Assembly: GCA_002633005.1 (NCBI GenBank)
Contig: NMRA01000270.1
Location: forward strand, 394,345 to 458,344
DNA length: 64,000 nt
Reading direction: 5' to 3'
Source of the DNA: Phoronis australis
Lineage: Eukaryota; Animalia; Phoronida
This document shows, piece after piece, positions 1 through 15,100 of the stretch (the first letter of the stretch is position 1; each line of letters opens with the position of its first letter). A program made the translations under genes and the position numbers. The notes beneath the pieces were generated by a model. That model ran no database searches, was not told where the DNA came from, and worked only from the letters and a program-made list of their open reading frames with translations.

Positions 1-91
1 AAGTTGAGACCACAACTCAACTGTTTGTTTCTTTGAAGGCACCATGGATTTATACCAGTTTTTGAGTTTGTACAATCTAAGAGGGTTTCAC

Positions 92-202
92 CTTTCCTTG
101 TTGTAGCCTTCTCTTGACCAACTTAGAACAACACACATTGACAGACTTGTGGATGTTGGACGTGTTGAACTCCAAGAAGGACCGGCTGTCAATCAGCAGA
201 AA
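92..202 (-). CDS. Coding exon 2 of a DUSP8/DUSP16-like dual-specificity MAPK phosphatase (rhodanese/KIM domain); gene continues left of the window
   Basis: 111-bp AG..GT-bounded exon, phase 0/0, reads FLLIDSRSFLEFNTSNIHKSVNVCCSKLVKRRLQQGK, matching the DUSP8/16 motif LLIDSRxFxEyNxxHIxxxvNvxCSKLxKRRLQQxK. Confidence 0.92.
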
Positions 203-814
203 CTGAAAAAGAAGAAATTTACATCAGCTGAGCATAGGACACAGTAAACAGCAAGACACACCAGTCAACGCTGCGACTGCATAAACTGTGATCACTAACA
301 AAAAGCATCCTAACCATGGTATTTTTAATTACGTTAGGAAAAAAACACGATTGGTCTCATTGTTTAACGAAAAAAGCATCCCCCTGCATCACTTTCCGGA
401 AGCTCTGGACTGCTAAATCTGGAAAAAGAACAAAAATGTGTAGGACTAAAAACACCACAGCAATTCTCAAAAAACAGACCAGAGCTAATTATGCTCTTTT
501 TGTCCTTATTATTGGTGTGGCCTTAAAGGTGCTGGAACTGCTAGAAAAATAACCTTGATAGTGCAATAGCGGGATATTACGTGACCATATTTTGAGAACC
601 AGTTTCCAAAATGCAGTTTAGTTAAAGCTGCTATAAAACCCTCTGGGGTTCTGCAAGTTTATAAACATTCATTGACTAAAACCCATTGTTAGCCTGCTAG
701 CTGAGAATGTCCACCCTTCAACATCCATTTTTGTTTTAAAAGAATGCGATAACAAACTGCTGGCAAAAAAAATCCTACGGCCACAGCACGCCCGTCACTG
801 AAAAACTGCAAGCA

Positions 815-908
815 TTTTAACCACCCATGTGAACGTAGTAATTGTTTTAACCACCCATGTGAACGTGGTAATTGCTTTAACCACTCATGTGAATGAGGTA
901 CTTGTTTT
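815..908. repeat. 30-bp minisatellite, about 3 copies
   Basis: ttttaaccacccatgtgaacgtagtaattg repeated with period 30. Confidence 0.9.
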
Positions 909-1310
909 GTTCGATCATTGTTTCGACCATTCGTAGATCATTAGAATGTGGTGCTTGTTTCGACTCAAACCAGACAGGAAGGTATGTCATGGCCTTGTCA
1001 TGGCTACAGTCCCCTTGTATTGAACAAGTATTGACCACTTTCATTTGCTATCAATTCAATCCAGGTTTTTCAACCTCTGCTGTTGTCACCTGTTTTTGTC
1101 AACCATATATTGCATCTGTCTGGACTTTCACATATTAAAACTCCCATCAATACTCAAGGAGAAAACACTCTAACCCTGAGAAATATGATTCAGAATGTCT
1201 AAAAAACTGTCCACTACGCAGGCGGGTGAAGAGAGAAATAACCGAACACCACAGGAAGCCTTGAGTTGCCCACCGTCCATCACAACCGATAGAATGTCCC
1301 CTTAGCCATA

Positions 1311-4300
1311 CGGTAAAGTCGCGTGATTTTCGGACGGCCCGCCATTTTCGACCAAGAATAAATATTTCCGAAATGAGTTTTTCATGGTCCACGAAATTCG
1401 TACAAGGTCCAAAAACTGTTTTTCAATGATCCTCGAATTTCGGACAATGTCATAAACGTCGGATTTTTGTCCCGCGACTTTCGGACAAGGAAAATTTTAG
1501 AAACGCTAATTTAGGATCGACGCAACTCCCGTGTCACTAAAGCGTTCAACGGATGATTACTACTCGATAAGGCTTGAATCTGAGAATTGGGGTAACGGGC
1601 TTTGTAATTTTTACCTTGTCTTGACGATGTCATGACCGTTACTCGATTGTCTTGCGTTTAGCTTGAGTTTGGCGCTTTAGCTATGAAAAAAGTCACCGAG
1701 TCTCGCATGACGAAAATTTCTGATGAAAATACAAATGGGAAATACACGGAAGGCTGCAGTTTTTCGTTGTAGCGTAACATGTGCTCTGGTTTAATTAGAC
1801 CGTGTTGTTCAACTTCCGACTGTGACATTGAACTTGCACGCCTCAACTTGCGTGTTTACGAAGCGTTTTTATTTTTAAAACGTCCTGGCCTTTGCAAATG
1901 CCCTTGTTAGTGGCTAAAATCTCCCGACGACGTGTCTGGATTTTATTCTTGACGTGATGAGAAATATTTTTTGTTTAGGCCCCCATACACAATAGGTCAC
2001 AGCTAAGTATGTCCGTAGGATATCGCGCGTTCAAAGTAGTGTAGATAGTGAACAGCAGCAGCCGAATGAGACGGAGCCAAAGTAAAACTGGTTAAAAATC
2101 AAACATAGCGCAAGGCCCAGCACTCAGAAAGGGGCGCGGCGCACACGCAATTGTTACAGAGACATTGCATCCCTGTCCTATGTTGTGTAAGTGCCGGTGT
2201 GCTATAACACATATCAAAAACTAATGTACATCCACGTAACCACGTTTCACTACCCTTACAAATTGTCTGTTGCTCTCTGATAAGCATCGCAGATGCAAGA
2301 ATCTCGCTAAAGAAGATAGTGTGATCGTGTGCTTCGTTTGCAATGCCTCACCATACGTCTCGACGTCTTAAGTCTAGCGTGTTCGTGAGATTCTCACCCT
2401 TGCGCCCCCGATCGCAGACTAGGGTAGAGTTCAGTAGCTGTCTTGGGAAATACAAAAATCTAGCCAAAATCACGCTTTCAATTAAAAAACACAATACATC
2501 ACGTAATTTCATGAATTCGTGCTTTTTAGCGAAGTTCTAGCGTTACGAGCTTAACCCCAGATGTAAACCTAAAAAGATTTAACTTGCGGCGACCCAATTT
2601 TGCTTGCTCATCCACTGGTCTGTGTACTTGTGGTCTTGTTAATTCACATCCTAGCTGTACCGTCTGAGGTACAACACCCTGAACTCCATGGTGTCCCGAG
2701 ATTAAGATGAATCCCGACAAGGACACCGGGACCCTGTGGCACTCTCTGTCTGCGGCGACTAAGAAAATCCTCCACCAATCATTTCGAAAAATGACAAGTC
2801 AGTTGAATCAGATTTGGTAGTCGTTGCTTCTTGTGGTCCTAGGGGTAGGCTAACAAGAATACAGGACCTGGAGTCCGATGCAACGGGCCTGGAACCTGAT
2901 AGGTGTTTCCGACCGGAGTTCCATATCTACTTTCCACAGGACCTTGTCTTCATGTCTATGTTACCGCCTTCAGTTGATAGTTTTGAGACAAAAAAGAAAC
3001 GTGATCTTAAACTACAGACCATGTTTTTTGTATTACTTAATATAGTTTTAGAGGCATTTCAGCTGTAAGTGTGTTTAATTGTGTTGACTGTTACATTGCT
3101 AATTATTATTGTTCTATTTTTACCCGAGGTGATGCCTTACTTGCAGCAAGGGTAAATAATTTTGGGAAGTATTACTAGCGATTTCCGTATATAAGTTGGG
3201 GAAACCAAACGTCTTATGTAAAAATACACCAGGGCCTATACTCAGCAATGCCGAATACACGAACACAGTATAAATACTGTAGCTCACCCTAATTATATCC
3301 TAGTGGGAATAGCATTATTTTTAGATTTCAAGCATGCATTTTTATTCTCAGATATGCATCCCAGGTATATTTTAGGGAAAAATTTAAGATACGCAAATTG
3401 GCCATATATTCTCCTGGACTTATATACGGAAATCTACGGTGGATCTTCTTAAACCTGTCAACCATGAAAATTTCATTGAGACAGTTTTGTTCTACTAACA
3501 TGTTCAACTAACATTCCGTTCATGCAAGTCGGTCAGTACGTTCGCATTTAAGGCGTTATTGCAACAGGTAAGTGTTGTTTTGATTTTTGTTTGGTGTTTC
3601 CATATTTTATTTTGTTATGTATTCCTGTCTTCAGATAGTCACTGTTATTCTTCAACAACATTTCTGTACTTATAATGAGACTTCAGTAAACTCGCGACTG
3701 TTCATACTTTAAATGTTAGCAGAAGTGTGTAATGTCCATCAGCAGAGACCTGTGGGAAGAACTATTTTCCGTAACTGTAGCAAATATATGACGAAATGAA
3801 ATGAAAACGGTCGACATAGATGAATTGTAATTGGTTAAATATACATTAAGAAAGAAAATTAAGTATATAAATAGTAGAATGGTACTTGAATTGCCTGGTT
3901 TACGTCCTTCATGAGTTCACCTGTCCCAAATTGAGTGCTTTCGTTTTTCTTTTCAGGTCGTCACTAGTCGATTCTTCTAACAGTCGTGATCTGCCCAGTA
4001 TCCTATTGTATCAACGTGCGCAACAACGGTCTTGGCAGGGGGTTGCACCTAGTAGACTCCCTTAGAATTAGTGGCGCAAAATCGACATTGGTGTGCAACA
4101 GGAGGCCGAGGGGGGGGGGGGGGGCGGCGTAAATTAGTAGTGACTGACGGAGACTGAGCTGCGCGAAATTGGTGACGACCGTTGACGGCGCTAAACTGGT
4201 GACGACCAGAAGAAACGGCCCTGTTATCTTCCACGCAGATTACCAGAAAATGTTAACGATTATCAGTTTCATTTCATCCACAAAAAGATTTCACAAGTCA

Positions 4301-5636
4301 GAGTTTTCACTGTGGTTAAAAACGTAAGCGAACCCAGATGTGTTAGGTCACCTCAGTTGCATGAAGACGCGCCAGTGTATCACTGAGTTAACATCGGGCG
4401 TTTCAAAGGCTGTGGATGAGAAAGGTTTTAATTGTAAAAAAAAAAACGGTTGGGTGAATTTGATGTTGGTAGCATTTGAAATTGCATTTGCTTTCTAGAC
4501 AACGCCCTTATATATACAATATGTTAGTTAATCGTGTCTTCAGCCGCGCAGCACTGTACTAGTCGACGCATTCCCATCGTTTGCCGCAGTAGGCCTAAAC
4601 ATGTAGAACGACAGCGCTTCTTCAACAATTCAGACGACTACCAGGACGACAAATGGGGATCACAAGTCGATGAGAAACTACTCGTTTTATTATCATGATT
4701 GTCTTTGTTATCTATTTTGGGTAATTGTTCAATCGAAGTTTTCATGTTGAAACTGAGCTTTCAGTTAATATGGAAATAAATGTGTCAGAGTTAACTTGCG
4801 TTTCGGTTTGTAACCAGCAGACAATGCATGGATACGTTTAACAAACATAAATATATGCTATGTTCTTGTCATTGTTCGTCACTTTCTTCATTGAACTCGT
4901 TCCCACATCCATTACTGTTACGTTTAATGCAAAATTCGTTAAAATTGAGAAAGCGCATGTTTTGATGGTCGGGAACCCTCTTTGTGCGCCGAATACGCAA
5001 TTCCAGCATTTTATTGGGAAACCATGCGTTCACAGCGCAAACTCGACATTTTTGTTATTGAGAAAACGCATTTTTACAAAAGAGAATCGGTTGTCTAACG
5101 TTTCATGTGCGTCAACAACGCAAACCAGACCCACTCATTGAAAAGCCCATATTTGTCACCAGGAAGACTCTTCGCAACGCAGCCCGATATTTCAAGTGGG
5201 ATAGCGCAGTTTTGAAAAGATTCCGTCACTTGCGGAGAACGGTTTTTGAGCATCGGCAATGCAAGCCGAATATTTCATATTGAGAAAGCACATCTTTGAA
5301 AAGAAGAACCAACACTTGTTGGGAACGGTCTTTGTGCGTCGACGGCGCACATTTCTTATTGGGAAAGCCAGATTTTCAAAAATTAATCGCTCAGACCATT
5401 TGAGTCTCATTTACCTGCAATTATACTGCTATCAAATGACCGAGCCAGCATTGTTGATACTACGACCGCTCATCGAAATAATGTACACCCACGAAATTCG
5501 GACACTAGCGGAAACCCAAATTTGGAGGTCCGCCAAATTCGGACACCACAAAATGATATTTCGCGAGATTCGTCCAAGAATGAATTTTTTCTATTGGAAT
5601 TAATTTTCAGTGTCCGAAAATCACGCGACTTTACCG
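1311..5636. mobile_element. 4.3-kb non-autonomous TIR DNA transposon with TA TSD (Tc1/mariner-pogo type)
   Basis: Perfect 25-bp TIR cggtaaagtcgcgtgattttcggac (1311-1335 / 5612-5636); TA on both sides; subterminal ttcggac repeats; no transposase recognised. Confidence 0.85.
3180..3439. mobile_element. Nested MITE of about 260 bp
   Basis: 17-bp perfect inverted repeat gatttccgtatataagt (3180-3196 / 3418-3434); right end reads CCGTA on the minus strand. Confidence 0.6.
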
Positions 5637-5830
5637 TAGCACATTAGGCGATACACTATGCTGTAGCTATCCCAGGTATATGAACCGTTGTAAGGTATCT
5701 TAACCATATGCCAACCTCCGAAAAAGCAAAACATACGTAGTATAGTCTCCATGTAAAACAAAAGGAAGATTGGAAAAGCAAAGTGGTACCATCAAAAGCA
5801 AATTATCCCTTGAACAGTTATACTAAGGAG

Positions 5831-6309
5831 CAGGCCTTTATCCAGGATTTCGAAAATAGGGTGTCCAAAATGGGGTTCCCAATATTCCAGGGTGTCCATG
5901 ATTCTGACGCGTAACCCCCCCACCCCCAACAATCCCCCCAAACACACAGATTTTTTTATAAAAAAATGCATAAACCAAGGTTTTTACATCTAAGTTTACA
6001 AAACAGCCTTCTGTGGTGAGCATTTTTACTAAAAAAATGTAGATCAAGACTTTTACAATGCTATCAATCAAGTGTGAACATAGCAACATTGTATATACTT
6101 TGTATATACATTGTATATTTCTTCCTGCTTTGAAAAAGTGCCTCCACTGTGAGCCTTCAGAGGCTTCCTAGTATTCATTACAATGTGTGAGTCCAAACTT
6201 GAAAGGTTCCTATTGACAGTGGGTGTCCAAATGACACATTGTGCTCCTGGCAAGGACCTCCAGATTAGTGCTAGGGCGTCCATTTGGAGGTATGCTGCAT
6301 AAAGGCCTG
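5831..6309. mobile_element. hAT-type MITE (479 bp)
   Basis: 11-bp TIR caggcctttat; perfect 8-bp TSD ctaaggag (5823-5830 / 6310-6317). Confidence 0.9.
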
Positions 6310-9300
6310 CTAAGGAGACAGTTTTATATTTGTTTCAATCGAACATTAGTGGCACATTAATATGGCTGCATCTCATGAAATCCACTTACTATGAAAATTA
6401 ACTTTTACCTACAAAGAAACCAGGATATATATGAACTCAGCAGAATGACTTGTATATCTGAATCATACTTTTATCTATTCAATTCTAGATGTGTCATTAC
6501 AGTTCAACTGTTGACTGTTCGTTCTCAGGGTTATAATTTTGATTTGTACCGTTAGCCAAATTGTCAATGAGTAGTCAACATTGATATTGTTTCATACATC
6601 ATTGCAGTCCATGATTGTTTAATTTTCAATAACGATAGAAAAAATACACACTGAGATCACATAAAATATCCACTTCATAATGATAAAGACAACCACCTGC
6701 TGAGTATATAAAAACTGCATGTAGCCCTCCCCCACACACACAACACTGGCCAAGCATAACATACGTTATAGAAAATTACAATTTCCTGCTCAATCACTTT
6801 TGATGTTGGGAATAACAGCTGACAGAAAGTACAAGAAGCATACCATTATAAGTCATAAGTGAGTGGTCATCTAAGACAGTGTTTAGTAATATCAACAGCA
6901 GAGCATGACACCAGAACAGCCTTTTGAATGTCATGTACTTTACTGCCTGGCTGGAAAACATTACAATATCTTAATGAGTAGATCTCAAACACGGTGATCT
7001 ATCTTTGAAGTTCACCAATATGATGGATGGTGACAATCAAAATACATTTTGTTTGAAATATTATGACGTTTTTCAAAATATACAACCTGTTTCATCTTTA
7101 GGCATACAGAAGATTTGTGGCATTTAAGTGTATTGCTAACATTAAAACTGCAAGGGGAATTCATCATTTCAAACACTGCCACTAGGGGGAGTAACAGTAG
7201 CTAGTAGGCAATAAAATCTGCAATGATTATGGAACCTTTAGAAGTTTTAAAAACACTATGCAATATCCTGCCAGTTGGTCAAGAAATGAGATGCAGGTGG
7301 TCAACCCCCAAATAAGACTGTGTCTGTTAAATTTTCTAAGCTCTTTGGATTTGTTCAGGAGAAAGACTTGGATGGCCACACACTGAGACCAGGTCATATG
7401 CATCCAACGTCCACACACTGAGATCAGTACATATGCATTAATAGTACTTTCATTTTCATTGGCGAAACTTGTTGTGAACTTAATGCACTTTTAAACTGCT
7501 TCAAAATTTCAGAAAAGAACACTAGAAATAGTGACATGGAATAAACTGGTTGAGGTGAATTTTTTCTTTGACGTAGCAGTTGTCTATCAGGGTTATAAGT
7601 AGCTGCAGCATGAAAAGTGAGGGACAAACTTAATGCTTATAAATATACTTGGCGAGGGTGACAAGATGTATATTACCGGCATTGACAGGTGTTGTATGTA
7701 ACAGTCGATAAATAAAAAAGCAAAAATGATTCAAGGCTCTTTCATACCAACTTAACTCTGGTCTGAGCAGAGCGTTGACGTAAACTGCGAAGTTGATTGT
7801 ACCGCTCATACCGGCTTTGGTAGTTAACGGTGGACGATGCTGTTGTCATTGAAGTAATCGCAAGGTAGTGCTGACGCATCGCATGCACACTAAGATTTTT
7901 TAATGTGACAATTTGGGAACATTTACATGTGCTTATTGACATAAAACTTAATTTCTAATTCGATTAGTGATTATTCGATCAAAATATAAGCACTTATTAG
8001 TGACAGCACCACCCTTTAATTGTTGATGGTAACAGTGGCCCCTGGTGACAACTTCGATTGGACCAAAGTTAACTATTCATAATTAATGCAACTCCTCAAA
8101 ACATCGATGTGTTGACATTAGTATGAAAGGGGCATAAATCATTATCCAATACTGTCAGTCTAAGCTGCTTAAAAGAATAGCTTACACTGTAAAAAACAAA
8201 AAAGATATGTTAGTGCATTTCTTAGGCACATCAGGAGAGCATATGGGTAGCTCAGCGCATCCCGAGTATGGTGCTGACGTTGAAACCCTTGGTAGAGAGT
8301 TGCCTCACTTTATATAGGCCTGGGAGAGAGCTAGATGGTGGCACCATAACACGTACATGCCTACAACATACAGTGCTTGGCAGCAAGCGAGCGGCATAGC
8401 CAGTCCATTTTCTTAAAATAGGCAGACTTTTTTCAAAAAGAACCTGTTGATCGATAACAGGACTTGTGAATTTTAGCTCAGGTGTTTCGTGCAAGGGGTA
8501 CAACCACGAGGTCCGCGCACGTCTGATGCACCGCAAAACACATCAGGCCACCATCACTCTTTTTTTTGATGTGTTTCTAAATTTTTGACGGCACATATCA
8601 GTAAAGCAAACATGATAGCTCAATAACAAGACAGTCATGAGTTAGAGTAACAGGTTTTAGATTTCATCGAGTTAACAGTTGGATACCAGGCAGCGCCGAG
8701 TCACAGATTACGGTTCCCTTGCTGAGACAGTGCCACTACCATCGACCTGTAGTGTCATTTCTCCGTAACACAAGAAGAAAATTACCCACACCACAAAACC
8801 AACATTCCCACAAGAGACAATGCCTGAGAGAGTAAAATAACCACCGGAGTTGCCAACCCCTCCTATAGGAAACTCCCTCTTCCCATAATTTTGCACCGGC
8901 CTAACTACACCTCGCATCTTAAGTTGCATTTACATGTGAGACAGCTGTCACAGAGCAACTAATATGGAACACCTGATTGGGTGAAAGTGTGTGTAAACAG
9001 AGTGACACGGAGCAAGTTGACGATGTGGCAGCCATTTTTGACACAAGTTGGAGAGTTAGAGGAGTTGCACTCAATCACTTGTTCTAGTTTCAAGTACACG
9101 TCTTAACACAACTGGGGCAGGGTGGAAAGGGATCATCTTCCGATACGCTTGTGCAATGTGTATATACTGTTGATCCGCTTACGTTTACGCTCCTCATGGT
9201 TTGGACGTTCCCTATTGTTTATGCGAGCATGCCCAGACAGTCTTGGTGTAAGTGACTCATGCTGATCCAGTTTGTGCTCTAATGTTGTGTAAATATGACT

Positions 9301-11589
9301 TAAGTCAGGACTTGGAATGACCAATGACAAAAAAGAGTTAAAGTTTCCATGTGATGTACCGTTCCACAGGTATATAGGCTTGTGGGATAGAAATATTTTT
9401 TGTGTTGTAAAATTTAACTAAAATAAACATTTTTACACGAATAAAGTCAAAATAATGATGAAAAGAGACAAAAAAAGAGGAAACTGGAAATCAAATAAGA
9501 GGAAATCAAAACCAAAAATGAGGAAAATTCCAAGCCCTGTAGAGTCACACCCTGACAACTTACGGTGACAACTCCGTCTGTCTGTAAAATCCGCATACAT
9601 GCTGTGTTCATTTTATCAGAAAGGAATACAACTGTCCTGGACAGAGAAGGCCCTGGCAGTTTTAATAGGGAGCAGATGTCCAAAGATGATCTAATAAGAC
9701 TCTGTGATCTTATTTAATTAATCACTGGTCTCTCCTAATTAATTACATCTAGTCACACCACCTGGTGACTAGTTAACTCATATGGACAGCTGAGGGACAC
9801 TGCATCCTTAAGTAATGATCTAATTAGTTCCTTGTCACTTCCAGTTCACCTCAGTTGGGGACACTGCCTTACCTTCCTAAGTCAATTTTAAATTACTGTT
9901 GAGGACATATTTTTTAGAGAAGTCACTCCATAAGAAGATAAGATTATCTGTGTCATAAACTGATACAAAGTTGTTTGAGCATATTTCATGTATAATTGGA
10001 TTAAGCTGGGAAGAATTAAGGTTTGAGAGCTGACCATGAAACACAATTATACACTGCTGAGTAAAAAGCTTAATATTATTCAATTATCTGTCATAATCTT
10101 GTTTCGTAAATGAGGAGCAACATTCTTATAAGAATTGTCATTAATTATCAATTTCGCTGAAATCTGTTGGACTGCGCTTGGACCTATGTTGATTACATTG
10201 TTTCATTGCACAATGGCATTGTATTGGTCCAGAGCTCATCAATATACTCACAATGTTCTTCTAGTTCAGGGCTTTATTTGGCAACCTGCGATCTGCAGGT
10301 CAATAATGGGACCTCCGATTTTTGCAACCTGGTAAAAACCCCCAGTCACTACACACACATTCTATCATGAGCTCAAAATACTACAAGAAGCAAATGGGTG
10401 GGAGTTGGCGGTGTAAGGCATGCGATATTCTCCTAATTTCTATTCGACTCCGGCTGTTTCGACGGATATTGGCCCAATTTTTTAATCAGATATCTTGTTT
10501 TTCTATTCTTGTTTTGATGAACTCATTTCGTGTTTAGCTACCTGGGAATATTGCCAGGTTACATTTAGTGAGTTAACATTGAAGCGGTGAGGCCTGTTGT
10601 TGCTATTTCATGTTTCTTAGTGTAAAAACGCTGTTTCAACAAACATTTGTCATGCTATGGCTTACCTATCCACATAAAAAAACTGCTATTTGCTGTATCA
10701 GCGCCCAAAGCAAAGAAAAGCTTATTTCACAACAACAGAATTGACAACAGTGTAATCTATCAACAGCCAGGTCAAGTCTTCAAATACGCTCAAGGCAAAA
10801 ATCCTCAATTTAAAATATAAAAGATTATTTTCCTGTAAATTAGGAGTCGTGATAATTTTTCAATCAAATGAAAAAATTTGTTTGTTCAGAAATGTAAAAT
10901 AACATTGTCTAAAATACAGAAATGGTCACCACAAGTATCAGTGTGTGATTAAAGAAAATGTCTTTAAAGAGTCCTGGAACGCGATAACCAGACTAAATTG
11001 CAATATTGAAAGCAGTTCTCTGCCACTAAAACAGAATTCAACCTGCTCACCAAGTATTTTTAGGGTTTTTTCGTAAAGATTTTTAATTCCTGTTGATATC
11101 AAAGCCTTTTCTTTTAGTTTCAAATTTCAAAAAATCGGTCTGTCAACTAGTCGCCGCTTCGTCGATTTTCCTCCAACAAGGCAAAGCACGTTTCCTTATT
11201 TGGTATGTCAAGACATAGACGTAACACATTTCCCTTACATGGAAAATATGACCTTTGACCTCAAGAGACTTCAAGCGACTAACTGACAGCATGCACGCAT
11301 TTATCATAATTGGGAGGGAGATTACAAACTCTGTGATAGCCACAGAGTTTTTCCTTTGAAAGTATTTCAAAATTCATGAATTTTGCAATTCATTCTGGAA
11401 ATGGTCTCACAAGGGAAAGTGAATTACTCTGTACTAGACGTTGCAAGATGGTATTTTTGTCAGGAATTGTTTAAAAGATATTTTTGATGAGCTTTCGCAT
11501 TCCATGCGTCTTTTAAGATTTTTTCCTCAATCTAGGTGACAAGGTAATTCACACCACAGGTGTCGCTACACGAGTCCAACTGCTCATAC

Positions 11590-11700
11590 CTGGTCAACTC
11601 CACTTCGTATCTTCTCCGCCAGACTAGCGACATCTAGCAGCTGGTACTCCATGCTTAATGACTCTAACCTCTCAACATCACCTGCAACGACCAGAGGCAT
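11590..11700 (-). CDS. First coding exon of the same DUSP8/16-like gene
   Basis: ATG at 11700 with an in-frame TGA immediately upstream; reads MPLVVAGDVERLESLSMEYQLLDVASLAEKIRSGVDQ; phase-0 donor CAG|GTATGA joins in frame to exon 92-202 and completes the rhodanese N-terminal helix. Confidence 0.8.
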
Positions 11701-12135
11701 TCATGAATGGCCAACGTCTTGCAGTGTGGGTCAAGAACTCTGACATGAGATCAACTGGATCACATTCAGAACTTGGAAATAAATAGGTGAATGGTGATGT
11801 CAGCGTATTCAGATACCGTACATTGGTTGGATTACCATACATCAGAATTCAGGATTCAAATGAGGTCTTGTGAGTCAGCTAATGTGAGAAGACATAAACT
11901 GGAATGAATGGCATGGCCCGCTTCCTCAACACTGAAACCCTTAAATTTCCACTACACACAAATGAAATAGAGTTGTTATCAATCAGAAAGAATTTTGAAT
12001 GTTCCCTTCCACGTTGACAAGATTCTATGTCCAATCCTAGTATTAGTTTCGCGAATTTACACTGGAGCTGTCGTACATATTCTACTCTATCATCAAGTTC
12101 AACACCAGTCAGTATCACTTTACAGGGTTGCACAT
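11701..12135 (-). other. Probable 5' UTR portion of the DUSP start exon
   Basis: Pyrimidine-rich acceptor tatcttaattttctAG ending at 12136 on the minus strand; no transcript evidence. Confidence 0.35.
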
Positions 12136-15100
12136 CTAGAAAATTAAGATACCCACCATTTCAAAGAGTGGGCTCAAAATGTACCATAAATAAAGAGTTT
12201 CTGTCAAAAAATTATTCTCTTGTTGATTACCATTCCACTGAGCAGATTTCTTTCTATAACTCCGAAAGCGACCACTTTAACAGGAAATTCAATCATAAAA
12301 GGCAGCCATTAATAGCGTACCAGCAGCATCTCCCATGAACAACGGAGTCCCTCCTCAGGAGTCACCAAATTGATGGTGAGATATACAGCCGTTTCATGAA
12401 TAACGTCCTATGAAATATGAATGAAAACAGCCAGGTATCACGTGTCTATGATCGTGACAAATAACAACTGAACCACCAGGGAGAGCTAATAGACGCACTT
12501 GTCTGTTGGGCTGATCCATTTCACCTCGTTAAGCCTGCCTTAATGGATCATTACCATTAGGCATAAACAATGGCGGAACAATAGATATTGCATACACCTG
12601 AGCCTAGACATGCGCAGGTGAGCCAACTCTTTAAGGCTTATTCTCTAACAATCATTAAAGGAAAAACCCAGGGGGCGCCACACACAAATGCGTATCTTAC
12701 AACATTTTTCAGTTTCTAATGGCAGCAGTGCGTAATACTTTTGTGCTTCTTTCATAATGACAGACGCAACTTCTAAAATAATTCTTTGTCAAAACTTACG
12801 TCTTTCTGAACCCATTTCAAACTCCACACGTGCTGGCACTAAGATGACTGAGTTTACTTTCCATAACTTGAATACTTCTCCTGGGACCCAAGTTGTATAT
12901 CAGTCAAACAAACAAATGGTAGGCCTACTGCTCACAGACATTGGTACAGCCCAAGGCAGAATAATGTGTGGGAAGGCAACAAATATGCGTAGGTTCAAAC
13001 AGACTGACTACTTAAAACATGCCAGCTTTGTACTATAAGATCAACAAGCATGACTCACAGGGTGCATGAAGCCATCTCAACAACAGTAGTTACAAATACC
13101 TGTCACGGGGTGTATTCCAGGTATTCAGGGCAGATATTTAGAAAGTGATAGTCCCAATAACCATCCCCTCTCTCTGATGTATTCAAGGTAAGACTCGCAT
13201 CAGCAGTTGGCCATTGATAGTCCTATACATGACACATCAACACAAGCCACTCAGTGGTATGCATTGAGAAAACTACTGAAAGGTATTATAAAAGCAATGA
13301 CAACAATATCATTAGGGACACCTACATACAGTCTATTATAATACAATGTTCTTCTTGACCTGTTTTAAAGCCTCACCACAACCTATTTGCTTGTACTTGT
13401 GCCACATTTGAACCCCACACCCCTCCTGACAGGTTTAAATGTCCTCCAGAACATGTTTGTATTTTAAGTTGTGAACACTACCAAGTACTGCTTGTAAATA
13501 ATGTCATTACTTTGTGAAAAAAGATGTGATCAGTTTTCAAATAAAAAATGTTAAAATAAATATTACAAACTTATTTTTCTGCACTGCAGTATATTAATTA
13601 TTTCTGTACTATAATGAGTCAGCACGGTTGGTGGGGTTTACACACTTCCAACACCTTTGAGTCTACAGTTGTGGAGAGCGTTGTTCTAGATGACCAATTC
13701 ATCATCTACACAAGGTGAAAAGGTTTGTGTAAACTGTTAATAGATCATTTTATCCACTATCATGAAAGAGTGATCTCTTTGCACAACACTGCAAATACTT
13801 TCAAATTCATCATGTTTTTTTCAGTGCAACAACAAACCTCGCCCACATATACACGCCCACCTTCTCTGCCCGGGCCCAGGCAGACAAGCACCGGACTTTA
13901 ACTAAATATTTGCTCATGTTGCTCACGTGACTCATTTCAAAAATTTCCATCAGGATTTCCTACCAGAGTAGAAACATTAAAACTCAAGCAATCTTTTAGT
14001 TCTCCAGACAACACGGCCGGCCGCATGGCGTGTTTGAATTTGGAAACGTGTTGGCAACAGTGTGCAGACTTCGTTGCTATGTCATTTATAATGTTCAGCT
14101 AAAGATTTTCCAGGTTGAATATACTTTACTTAATTGCTTCCTCATTCCTTCAAATTATATTTAAGTACATCACCTTTAGCCAGGGAACTACTTTAGTTGA
14201 AAGATTAACCGAAAACCAATTCAGCCACATTTGCACTAAAAAGAGTCTAATTTTGCAAATGAACTGCAAAATATTTAGCTTCTTCCAAACCCCGGTACAT
14301 GAAAACAAGAAGAATGGCAAAGACTGGCTGAAAATGAAGCTTTAGTTTGAGAAATTCTTAAGCATACAGTTCATTGTTAACGCGATTCCAAAACATCATT
14401 TTGTAAAATTCGGAATAATCACAGCTGCTGTGTTGTGAACCTTAAAACACAGAAAATCGACTAGGGTATTTCCAATAATCCAATCAAATGAAAAACTGCG
14501 TAGAAGCATACCTGTGTCCAAGTTGATCAAACTTCAAACGGAGGTTCACTTGGCAGGGCTCCCATGTGCTGACTCATACTGCACGGGCCTGCAATACAAT
14601 ATGACAGATGACTCTCTGGACTACTGATAATATGCAAACCATGATAACATGTGGGGAAGTCCTTCAGCAGCCCAGCCATATCAATGACAAGACAAATAAC
14701 ACACAGTCATTTTTGTGGCCCCTGAATACATTTGGGTTTATCTTATTGTTATCATTGCTTCTGGAAATTTCACTGGAATGCTGCCAAACTATTTACTTGT
14801 ATAGACTTGTTGAGCAAACTTGGCCACACAGAATATGGATTGCGCAACAGAAATATGAAATTACAACAACTGTTGAAGAATTGCATAATACAAATATTTA
14901 TCAAATAATTAAACTGAATCAGAGTATTACACAATGATGTCCTGAATGGCAGAACAGTTCCTTTCATTGGACTCTGGTAAAAATCCACAAGGTATTGGTC
15001 AGGTGTTAAAATATGGTATTGCTAAACTAGTAATTGATGCAGCGCATGCAAAAATTCACACATCATTCAGAGCATCGGCCACACGCTCGTGCGTTGAAGC

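Noticed and set aside
4057-4071. 15-mer ctcccttagaattag shared with 16761-16775, a possible TE terminus
   Set aside because: No matching opposite end or TSD found.
8920-9035. MAATSST... with a strong Kozak context as a candidate DUSP first exon
   Set aside because: Weak donor and no rhodanese similarity; 11590-11700 fits much better.
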